From Mobula hypostoma (Eukaryota), in contig NC_086101.1 of NCBI RefSeq assembly GCF_963921235.1, positions 3,846,001 through 3,910,000 on the forward strand: DNA of 64,000 nucleotides, written 5' to 3'. Below the pieces are notes generated by a model, which was not told the origin of the DNA, did no database searches, and saw only the letters and a program-made list of their open reading frames with translations. Numbering within the stretch: the first letter of the stretch is position 1; each line of letters starts with the position of its first letter. A program made the position numbers and the translations under genes. Of this stretch, positions 49,087 through 60,600 are shown in pieces.

Positions 49087-50514
49087 CCCCCGAGGAACAC
49101 CACAATTCACTGACGGCCAACCTGAAAAAGCCCCTCTTATTCCCACTCTCTGCCTCCTGCCTGTCAGCCATTCTGCTATCCATGTCAGTATATTTCCAGT
49201 AACGCCGTCGGATTTTATCTTGTTAGCAGCCTCATGTGTGGCATGCCAGAATCAAGTCATTCTTGAAAGATCATAACCAACGCATCTGCTCTCACTTCAG
49301 CAACCTCTTTCAGAACTCTGGCATGTAGTCCATCTGCCCAAGGGGACTTATCATCTGAAGATCTTTCGGTTTGTTTAGCTCTTTTTTCTTTGTAGTAGCA
49401 ATGGCACTCACTCCTGCTCCCTGACACTCACGGACGTCTGGCACACTGCTAGTGATTCCACAGTGAGGACTGATGCACAATACCCACTAAGTTCATCGGC
49501 CATTTCTTTGCCCCCATTACTACCTCACCAGCATCATTTTCCAGTGGTCCAATATCAACTCTCAGCTCCCTTTTACTCTTCATAGAATTAAACAAAAACT
49601 TTTGTTTTTCCGCTTAATATTATTTCTTAGTCTGCCCTTGTATTGCATCTTTTCCCTTCTTCCAGCTTTTTTTGGTTGCCATATCGCTGGGCTGAGGTGT
49701 CTAGACTAAATAAACATACATATTATGTGCCGTTGTAGTTTACCGATATTCGATGTGGATTTGTTGACTTGTATGCATCAAGCCGCGGCGTCCAGATGGC
49801 GGTGGGTGGGGGCGGGTGGGGGGAGGGGTGGGGGTAGGTGGGCTTCGGGACTCTTTTTGCGTGATTGTGATCTTGTGTGTGTTTACTGTGTGTGACTGTT
49901 GCTATGTGTCTTTACACCTTGTCCCAGCAGTAACGCCGTCTCGTTTGGCTGTTCATGAGTATTCATATGTGGTTAAATGACAATTAAACTTGAATTGAGT
50001 TGAAGAGGAAGAATGGGCAGATTCTGATATTTAGGACCTTCACCGATCAGAGGAGAGAAGCACAAACCAGGATTCCGAGGGGAGAGAGAGGAAAATGGTT
50101 GGTCGGTGAGAATTTTCTTGGTGTAGAGGTTAGGAGATACAATTGCATCCATACTCACGTTAATTGTCCAATAACTTCATCTGTTGATAGAATACTAACC
50201 TTAATAAACAGTAACTAACATTGTTGTTCAGAAATGGATTTAAATGGATGACTCCACACGGACTGTAGCAGCTGGAGTCGCTCATTTCGCGCTTTTCAAG
50301 GACAGTCGGTGGGCAGTAAATGTTGGTCCTGCTGTTGAAGCCCACATTTCGTAAACGATGAATTCTTGCCCCTGTTTTTATACTTTGACAATAAATTTAC
50401 CCTACAATGATGCCCCCTGAACCGGTGTGGATGACGTCACTCTCCTCAGCTTTGAACTGATTCCACCAGCTTTCCAGCACTCCAGCATTTATTTATTATT
50501 TGTATCTCTGACTG

Positions 50515-51590
50515 GACACCTGTGACTAGTGATGTGTCTCAGGGATCGGTACTGGTTCCATTGTTGTCTGTCTTCAATATCAACGATCTGCATGATAGTG
50601 TGGTAAGCAGAGTCATCAGATCGGGGCACAGTGGACAGCGAGGAAGACTATCAAAGCTCACAGCGAGATCTGGTCCAGCTGGAATAATAGACTGAAAACG
50701 GCAGATGGAATTTAATGGAAACAAGTGAGGTGTTGCACAGACACCTCACACAAAATGCTGCAGGAACTCAGCAGGCCCGACACGTCGACTGTACTCTTTT
50801 CCATAGATGCTGCCTGGCCTGCTGAGTTCCTCCAGCATTTTGTGTGTGTTACTAGGACCTACAGGGTGAATGTTAGTGCACTGAGGAGAGTTGTATAACA
50901 GAGGGATCTGGGAATACGGATGCAGAATTCCCTGAAAGTGGCGTCTCGGGTACAGGGGTTGTAAAGGAAATGTTTGGCACAGTGTCCTTTTATATATCAA
51001 AGTACCCTTTGAGTTCTGGAGTTGGGATGTTATGTTGAAGTTGCATAAGATGTTAGTGAGGCCTAATTTGGAGTATTTTCTGACCTCTTGGTCACCTACC
51101 TGCAGGAAACATATCAATAAGATCCAAAGACTACAGAGAAAATTTACAGGGATGTGCCAGGACGTGAGGACCTAAGCCACTGGGAAAGGTTGAATAGGTG
51201 AGGACAATTCCCTGGAGCTCAGGTGAACGAGGACCGATTTGATAGAGATCTACACAATTATGAGTGGAACAGTATATATCGGGTAAATACATTTAGAGTT
51301 CTCTACTCTGTTTGGATGGGACTACAACTACAGTTCACAGGTTAAGGGTGAAGGGTGAAACATGTCAGGGGAAGCTGGAGTGTTTACTGAGAGAGTGGTG
51401 CGAGTGCGGAACGAGCTGCCTGTGGAAGTGGTTCGATTTCAAAATCTAAGTTTGGGTAAGTTCATGCAACGGAAGGGTATGGTGGACTATTATCCAGGTG
51501 CAGGTCAGTGAGACTCGGCAGAATAACAGCGCGCACAGATTAGATGGGCCGAAGGGTCAGTTTCTCTGCTGTAGTGCTCTGTGATTCGAT
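50515..51590 (+). mobile_element. Old degraded CR1 3' half
   Basis: Degenerate QGSVLVP, QMEFN and VRPNLEY motifs plus a CR1 3' UTR. Confidence 0.75.
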
Positions 51591-51795
51591 GACTATTTAC
51601 AGAAACTGTTCTTTTACACATTGTATTTGTCGATCTATAATAAACAAATTACCCAAAATTCTATTGCATTTACTTATTTCGCTGTAAACGCTGACAAGGA
51701 AATGAATTTCAAGGTGATACATCGTGACGTCTGCGCACTTTGATAATAAATTGACTTCGCTCCAGCAGAGTCGCGGCATTTCGAGCCTGCCGTTC

Positions 51796-51828
51796 CTGCA
51801 GTACCGGTTCACAGCAGCAGGTGGCGAT
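51796..51828 (+). promoter_or_regulatory. Candidate CTCF site (upstream motif + core)
   Basis: CTGCAGTACC-N8-GCAGCAGGTGGCGAT. Confidence 0.62.
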
Positions 51829-51861
51829 CTTGCGCCGTGAAACTGCACCGATACTTTATAA

Positions 51862-54650
51862 TTATAGAAACCGTAGAAAAACTACAGTACAGAACCAGGC
51901 CTTTTTGCAGTGGAAAAAGCCTGCTTGCATTCACTCTATCTATACCCATCATAATTTTATATACCTCTATCAAATCTCCCCTCATTCTTCTACTCTCCAG
52001 GGAATAAAGTCCTAACCTATTCAATCTTTCTCTGTAACTGAGTTTCTCAAGTCCCGGCAACATCCTTGTAAACCTTCTCTGCACTCTTTCAACCTTATTT
52101 ATATCCTTCCTGTAATTTGGTGACCAAAACTGAACACAATACTCCAGATTCGGCCTCACCAATGCCTTATGTAACCTCACCATAACATTCCAGCTCTTAT
52201 ACTCAATACTTTGATTAATAAAGGCCAATGTACCAAAAGCTCTGTTTACGACCCGATCTACCTGTGACGCCACTTTTAGGGAATTTTGTATCTGTATTCC
52301 CAGATCCCTCTGTTCTACTGCACTCCTCAGAGCCTTACCATTTACCCAGGTTTATCCTTCCAAAGTGCAATACCTCACACTTGTCTGTATTAAACTCCAT
52401 CTGCCATTTTTCAGCCCATTTTTCCAGCTGGTCCAAATCCCTCTGCAAGCTTTGAAAACCTTCCTCACTGTCCACTACACCTCCATTTTGTATTATTAGG
52501 AAATTAGCTGATCCAATTTACCACATTATCATCCAGATCATTGATATAGATGACAAATAACAATGGACCCAGCACTGATCCCTGTGGCACACCACTAGTC
52601 ACAGGCCTCCACTCAGAGAAGCAATTCTCTACCACCACTCTCTGGCTTGTTCCATCGAGTCAATGTCTAATCCAATTTACCACCTCTCCATGTATACCAA
52701 GCGACTGAATTTTCCTAACTAACCTCCCATGCGGGACCTTGTCAAAGGCCTTACTGAAGTCCTTGTAGACAATATCCACTGCCTTCCCTTCATCCACTTT
52801 CCTGGTAAACTCCTCGAAAAACTCCAATAGATTGGTCAACATGACCTACCACGCACAAAGCCATGTTGACTCTCCCTAATAAGTCCCTGTCTATCCAAAT
52901 ACTTGCAGATTCAGTCTCTTAGTACTCCCTCCAATAACTTACCCACTACCAACGTCAAACTTACCGGCCTATAATTTCCCCGATTACTTTTCGATCCTTT
53001 TTTAAACAACGGAACAACATGAGCCATTCTCCAATCCTCCGGCACCTCACCCGTAGACACCGACATTTTAAATACATCTGCCAGGGCCCCTGCAATTTCA
53101 ACACTAGTCTCCTTCAAGGTCTGAGGGAATACCCTGTCAGCTCCTGGGGATTCATCCACTTTAATTTTCCTCAGGACAGCAAGCACCTCCTCCTTTTCAA
53201 TCTGTACAGTTTCCATGATTTCATTACTTGTTTCACTTAATTCCATAGACTTCATGCTAGTTTCCTTAGTAAAGACAGACGCAAAAAAACCATTTAAGAT
53301 CTCCCCCATTTCTTTTCGTTCCGCACATAGGCGACCACTCTGATCTTCAAGAGGACCAATTTTATCCCTTACAGTCATTTTACTCTTAATATACCTGTAA
53401 AAGCTCTTTGGATTATCCTTCACTTTGACTGCCAAGGCAATCTCATGTCTTCTTTAAGCGCTCATGATTTCCGTCTGAAGTATTTACTTGCGCTTTTTAC
53501 ACTCCTCAAGCACCTTATTTACTTCCTGTTTCCTATACATGTCATACCGCTCTCTCTTCTACTTAATCAGAGTTGCAATATCCCTTGAGGACCAAGGTTC
53601 CCTATTCCTTTTCAATTTGCCATTAATCCTGACAGGAACATACAAACTTTGTACCCTCAAAATTTCTCCTTTGAAAGCTTCCCACTTATCGATCACATCT
53701 TTGCCAGAGAACAACCTGTCCCAATCCACGCTTTTTCGATCCTTTCTCGTTTCTTCAAATTTGAATATTCTTCCAGTTTAGAACCTCAACCCTAGGACCA
53801 GATCTATCCTTGTTCATGATCAAGTTGAAACTAATGGTGTTATGATCACTGGAACCAAAGTGCTCCCCTACACAGACTTCTGTCACTTGTCCTAACTCGT
53901 TTCCTAACAGGAGATCTAATATTGCATCCTCTCTAGTTGGTCCCTCTATATATTGATTTAGAAAACTTTCCTGAACACATTTTACAAACTCTAAACCATC
54001 TGGACCCCTAACAGTATGGGAGTCCCAATCAATGTATGGAAAATTAAAATCCTCTACCACCACAACTTTATGTTTCCTGCAGTTGCCTGCTATCTCTCAA
54101 CAGATTTGCTCCTCCAATTCTCGCTGACTACTGGGTGATCTATAATACAAGCCCACTAATGTGGCCATACCTTTCCTGTTTCTCAGCTCCACCCATAAGG
54201 ACTCAGTAGACAAACCCTCTAATCTGTCCTGCCTGAGCACTGCTGTAATATTTTCCCTGACAAGCAATACTGCCCCTCCCCCCCCCCACACACACACAAC
54301 AGCTTTCATTCCTCTGCCTCCATCACATCTGAAACATCGGAACCCTGGAATATTAAGCTGCCAGTCCTGCCCCTCCTGTAGCCAAGTTTCACTAATTGCT
54401 ACAACGTCATAATTCCACGTGTCAATCCACGCCCTCAACTCATCCGCCTTCCCCGCAATACTCCTAGCATTGAAATATATACACCTCAGAAGATTTTACC
54501 ACCACTCACAACCTTTCTATCAGCGGATTTGCTTGAACTTTTAACATCATTTATTTACACCCCAGTCCCACTGTCAGCTCTGGCACTCTGGTTCCCATCC
54601 CCCTGCAAATCTAGATTAAAGCCTCCCCAATAGCACTAACAAACCTCCCG
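51862..54650 (-). mobile_element. CR1 LINE ORF2 remnant, paralog of 1-2195 including its 3' end
   Basis: [26 protein letters not shown] and VAISETWL motifs; shares lesions with copy A. Confidence 0.92.
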
Positions 54651-57600
54651 TTTGTCGCCAAACAATTGATACTAGAACGTACAATCATCATAGCGATATT
54701 TGATTCTGCGCTTCCCGCTCCCTGGATCTTCCGGCTGTTCATCATCCTCATCCTCACAGTGATGGCGGCACTGCAATGAACTGAACTTTCTCACATTAAT
54801 CAGCTGGATTGGCGGAGTCCTGAATTCAGGACATTCACAAAGATGAACCACTGGTTTACAAAGCGTAGAACATCAGACGGGAGAAAAAGCGGATGTTGGA
54901 AAAATCAATAAACTTCCCACCTTCCACACCCATCTTCACTTTAAGGACAGGCACGTAATCTGACCTCGCCAGTCACCCTTGACTCCACACACAGACACTG
55001 ATCCTGAAGCGGACCTTTCTATCCCCAGTTATAGTTTTGTTTAAATTCCTCCATGACTCACCTTTACAGATCTGAGAGGCTGCCGGAGAAGGTGCATTTC
55101 CCTGTGCGGCCAGCAGGTGGGGGAATTGCTCCAGTTATTCTGCCTTCACCCTGTCGGGACGGAGTGCGTCAACAGATACCAGGTACACACTCGCTGCTCC
55201 CCACTGTCCAGCAGGAGTTGTGGAGAATTACTCTCCTTGTTCTCAGTGTAGGAATGTCAATACCGGGAGTAAATATAAGGTGAGAGGAGAGGTTTAGAGG
55301 AGATTGATGAGAATGGTCGGTGACTGGAACGTGCTGTCAGGGGAGGTGGTGGAAACAGATACAACAACAACATTTCAGTCACATTCAGACAAACACATGA
55401 ACAGACAGGGAATGGAGGGTTGTGGACCATGTACAAGCAGATGGGATGAGATTGAATTGGCACAATGTTCAGTACAGATTTGTGGGCCAAATGGCCTGTT
55501 CCTGTGTTTTATTGTTCAATGTTCTACGTTCAGCAGTTGTGGCCACAGTAGTCAACAACAGCTGGTATTTAGGTACAGTCGCTGTGTAAATACTGTAAAG
55601 TGTCCCGTGCGCTTACACAGACGTGTTTCTCACTGGATACAAAAACAATGAATACAACAAACTCTGCATACTGTTACATGCATTGGAGACAGTGGAGTGA
55701 ATACAGTCAACACGGGGTACAGAGGATGCTCTACACAGAGTGCATTGGTTACCGCTCCCCGTGTAATCCCACAGACAGAAGAACAAAAAATGAAAAGACA
55801 GAAAGATCGATTTGTGTTTGATGAAAGTAAGAAACAGGACAAGAAGTGGCCATTCGTCCCCTTTCACCTGTTCTACTCTTCACTCAGAACTTGGCTGATC
55901 ATTGACCTCGGTGCCAATTTCCTGCACCCATCATCGCTGTGCCCTTTAAATCCAGAAATCTTTTATACAGAATTCCACCGCACACTTGGTGAGGAATTTT
56001 TCCTCGTCTCACTCCTGCTGAGGCGAGCTCTGATTGTCAGTCTGTGCCCCTGGTTCCACACCCCATCCAGGGGAAACATCATTCCTGCCTCTACCCTGTC
56101 AATACCCAGTGAGACTGTGTCTGTGCCAGTGAGACCACCTCTTATTCTTCTAATTATGAGATAGTCTCGGTGAGTGTCATCTCCCTGAGGACACTACGTG
56201 AAGGGTAAAGCTTTAAAGTAAGAGGGTCAAAGATGAACCAGGATGTTCAAGGCATGTGTTTCGACACAATGAGTGATATCTTCCTGGAATGCGCAGCCGG
56301 GATGGGGAGTGGTGGAAGCAGATACGATCGTGATGTTTAACAGACATTTAAACAGGGAATTGAATAGACAGGAAATGGAGGATATGGATCATTTGCAGGC
56401 AAACGTGCTGACATCATGGTCAGCATAGACAGCGTGGGCAAAATGGCATGTTCCTGTGCTGTACTGCTCTGTGTTCAATGTTTGAAATATCACAGCCAGG
56501 GAGCCAGCAATTTCTTCCCTGGATTCCCACCATGACAGTGGATACACTGGGTCAGACCCTGGGATTTATCCAGCTTTGTGTGTTTAAGCTGGCCAGCCTC
56601 CTGTGTAGTGTTGTTATGTTTCAGGACATTCGTATTCTCCTCCCTGAATTCCCCAGCTTCCATCACCTTCTCCATAGTAAATACAGATGAGAAGTACTTG
56701 TTTCAGACCTCACCCATCTGCTGTGTCTCCACACATAGATGACCACACTGATCCTTCAAGGGACATATTCCATCACCAGTTACCCTTTTGTTTTCCACAG
56801 ACTCAAAGAATATTTTTGGAATCACCTTTATCTGACCTGCTAAAGCTATCTCGTGTCCCCTTTATGACCATCTGATTTTCCTCTTTTAGTGTTCTACTAC
56901 ACCCCTTCTCCTCCTTGAGGACCCCGGCCTCGTTCCCCTGACACATTACTCCATCCTGACCAGAGCCTCAATGGCCCTCGTCAGCCAGGGTTCCCTCATC
57001 CCTCCAGTCTCGCCATTCACTCTAACAAGGACAGGCTGATCCGGAACCCTTCCAAACTCAGTTTTAAAACCTCTCACTTGCCAGGTGTCTGTTTACTTGG
57101 GACCACCCTCCTGTTCTACACCTCTATTCATTCCCCGACCCCTTCTATCCTCCCTCAGTTCAGTCTGTTCACAGCTCTGAACATCAGAAATAGCAGCAAG
57201 AGGAGGCTGTTCAGCCCCTCACACCTGCTATCCCATTGAATAAGATCAAAACCACCTCACTGTGCTACAGATGCAAAGGACGTGACAGAAGTGGAGGTGA
57301 GAGAGGAGGGGAGTTGTGATGTTGATGAGGGAGAACATCACCTCAGCACGTAGAGAGATCCTTGTGGGGATAAAACATTTGTTTGTGATAGGAGGAAGAG
57401 AGTGGTGCCATGGTCAGTAATTTTTATGGATGTGAGGTGAGAGTGGAAAACATTTAAGAAGAGCTGAAGAGAAACATTTTCCACAGGGAAGATGGAAAAA
57501 GCTGCAAGTGGATGTGAATTTGAACAGAAATCTTGCTAAAATCATATTCACCTCATTATCAATCAATCGCATTTCTTTTATGTTCTGATATATAGATTAA

Positions 57601-60600
57601 TACATTAATGACTTGGATGAGAATGTGGGTGAGCTGATCAGTAAACTTGCAGATGGTGGACAGTGAAGGTGTTTAATTATCAATTGAACATACCATATGA
57701 CCATAACATATAGAAGCTCAATGGCCCACTGAGTCCGCTCTGCTATTTCAACCTGGCTGATCCAATTTTCCTCTTTGCCCCAATCTCCTGCCTTCTCCCC
57801 GTATCCATTCATGTCCAGACCAATCAAAAATCTATCAACCTCTGTCTTAAATATACATGAAGACTTGACCTCCACAGCTGCCTGTGGCAAAAACATTCCA
57901 CAGATTCACCACCCTCTGGCTGAAGAAATGTCTCCTCATCTCCATTCTTAAAGGACGCCCCTACATTCTGAAGCTGTGTCTTCTGGTTTTAGACTCTCCA
58001 ACCTTAGGAAACATCCTCTACACATGCACTCTATCATAACGGCCTTTCACCATTTGATAGTTTGCAATGAGACTGCAGGGTGACCTTACAGAGGTGTATA
58101 AAATTGTGAGTGACACAGATGCCAAAGACTATCACAAATGGAAACATTTTAATGGGTTGCCTCACCATCTAGTACGGAGGGGTCACTGCACAGGACTGGG
58201 AAAAGCTGCAGAAAGTTGGAAACTCACCAAGCTCCATCATGGACATTGGTGTCCCCAGCATTGAGTATATCTTCAGCAGGTGATGCCTCAGAAAGGTGGC
58301 ACCCATCATTCAGGACGCCCAGTCACCCAGGACAGACCCCTTCTGATTGCTGTCATCACGGGGGAGGTACTGGAGCCTAAAGACACACACTCAGTGTTTT
58401 TGGAACAATATCTCCCCTTCCACTATCAGATTTCTGTATGGACAGTGAACCCCAGAACAGTTCCTCAACTCTTTTCTCCTTTTGCACGAGGTATTAATTT
58501 TTATTTTATATACATTTCTTCTTGTAACTTAATAGTTGATTATCATTATTATGTATTGCACTGTACAGCTGAAGATGTGCAGAGGGTGCAGAGATTTACA
58601 GGACGCTGCCTCGATTAGGGAGCATGTTTAATGAGGAAAGGTTGAGCGAGATAGATTTCACAACAGTCAAAACTGCCCAATGCGTCACGGTCATCAACGA
58701 CATATATTCAGAAAGGTGCTGGGAAAGGGCCAGGAACATCATGAAGGAACACACACACCTTGCTCACGAACTGTTTGTCCCACTCCCCTCAGGGAGGAGG
58801 CTATGTAGCATCCACGTCAGGACAACCAGACTCAGAAATAGTGACTTTCCCCAAGCAGAAAGGCCGAACAACACCTCCACTCACTAACCCACCCCTGCAA
58901 TCTACCACCAGCACTACTTTATCATTTCCTGTCAGAGTCACCTTATGTACGGCCACTTTTGCCCTGGGAAAAATAAAAACATACAAAACCTACGAGGGGT
59001 GATTGATATGTTCGTGGCCTAGGGTAGAAGCAGTCAATTTAAAAAAACTTCAAACTTTCTGGATAATCGGAAGAGTTGCACTGCACGTGCATGTAACGAG
59101 AGCTGTATAACTCATCTCCTTCCACCTTTCACCACGAACGTATCAATCACTCCCGTTGTGGACCACTACTGGAGGTCCAAGATGCCGACTTCAACAAAGA
59201 AGGGATTCGTGTGCTCCACGACCGCTGGACTAAGTGTGTAAATGTAGGATGGGACTATGTTGAAAAATAAATGTGCTAGGTTTTCTAAAATTGGCTCCTT
59301 CTACCTTTGGCCACGAACATATCAATCACCCCTCGTAGGTTTTCGATGTTTTTATTTTTGCCAGGGCAAAAGTGGCCAATACCAGTGGACATCCATTTAA
59401 GGTGACTGAAGGAAAGTTCAGGGAAGATGTCAGAGGAATGGTTTCGGAATTCTGAGAGTATTTGTAGAATGACACCAGATATATTTTTTGAAGAACAGCT
59501 TGTGGTTGAGACCACCGGGGAATCTGCTATTCTTAGATTGGGTGTTCTACAATGAGCTTGATTTGATTTGGGAGCTGGAGGTAAAGGAATCCTTTGGAGA
59601 CTGTGATCAAAATCTGATATAATTCACCCTGCAATTTAACGGGGAGAAGTGAAAGTCTGATATATCAGTATTACAGTGGTGTAAAGACAATTACAGAGGC
59701 CTGAGAGAGGAGCTGGCCAATTTTAATCGGAAAGGTACACGAGCAGTGATAACAGCAGATGGAGTTTCTGGGAGCAATTTGGAAGGCACAGGATAGATAC
59801 ATTCCAAAGAAAAGAAGTATTCTAAAGGTAGGATGACTCAACCACAGCTGACAAGGGAAGTTAAAGCCAACTAAAAGTAAAAGAGAGGGTGTAAAACAGA
59901 GCGAACATTGGTGGTAAGTTAGAGAATTGGGAAAATTTTAAAACAACTGAAAAAGCAACTGTAAAGCAATAAGGAGGGAAAAGATGAAATATGAAGGTAT
60001 GCTAGCCAACAATATGAAAGTGGATACTAAAATTTTTTTGGAAATATCAGGAGTAAAAAGAGGCAAGAGTACATTTGCATCATTGGAAAATGACACTGGA
60101 GAGGTGGTAATGGGAGACATGGAAATGGCTGATGAACTGAATCTGTATTTTTCATTACTCTTCACTGTGGAAGACCCTGTGGTATGCTGGAAGCTTAAGG
60201 ATATCAGAGGGCAGAAATAAGTATCATTGCTATTTCTAGGGAGAAGGAGGGGGAAACTGAAAGGTCCGAAGGTAGATAAGTCACCTGCACCAGATGGACT
60301 AAATCCCAGGATTCTGATAGAGATAGCTGAAGAGAATGTGGAGGCATTAGTAATGATGATTCAGAATTCACTATATTCTGGAATGGTTCCTGAGGACCGG
60401 AAAATTACAAAATGTCATTCCAGCCTTAAATGACCTGGATGAAGAAGTGGAGGAATGGGTTCGTAAATTTGCTGATGACGCAAAGATTTGAGGTGTAGTG
60501 GATAGTGTGGACGGCTATCAGAGTTTACAGCGGGAGATTGATAGGATGCAAAACTGGGTTGAGAAGTGGCAGATGGAGTTCAACCCAGGTAAGTGTGAGG

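Larger units (their letters stand above)
46993..49680 (-). mobile_element. Degraded CR1 hosting a mini-PLE (47840-48010) and a solo LTR (48192-49086)
   Basis: [13 protein letters not shown] and KFTDDTKIGG motifs; the [16 protein letters not shown] region is interrupted by the LTR. Confidence 0.85.
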
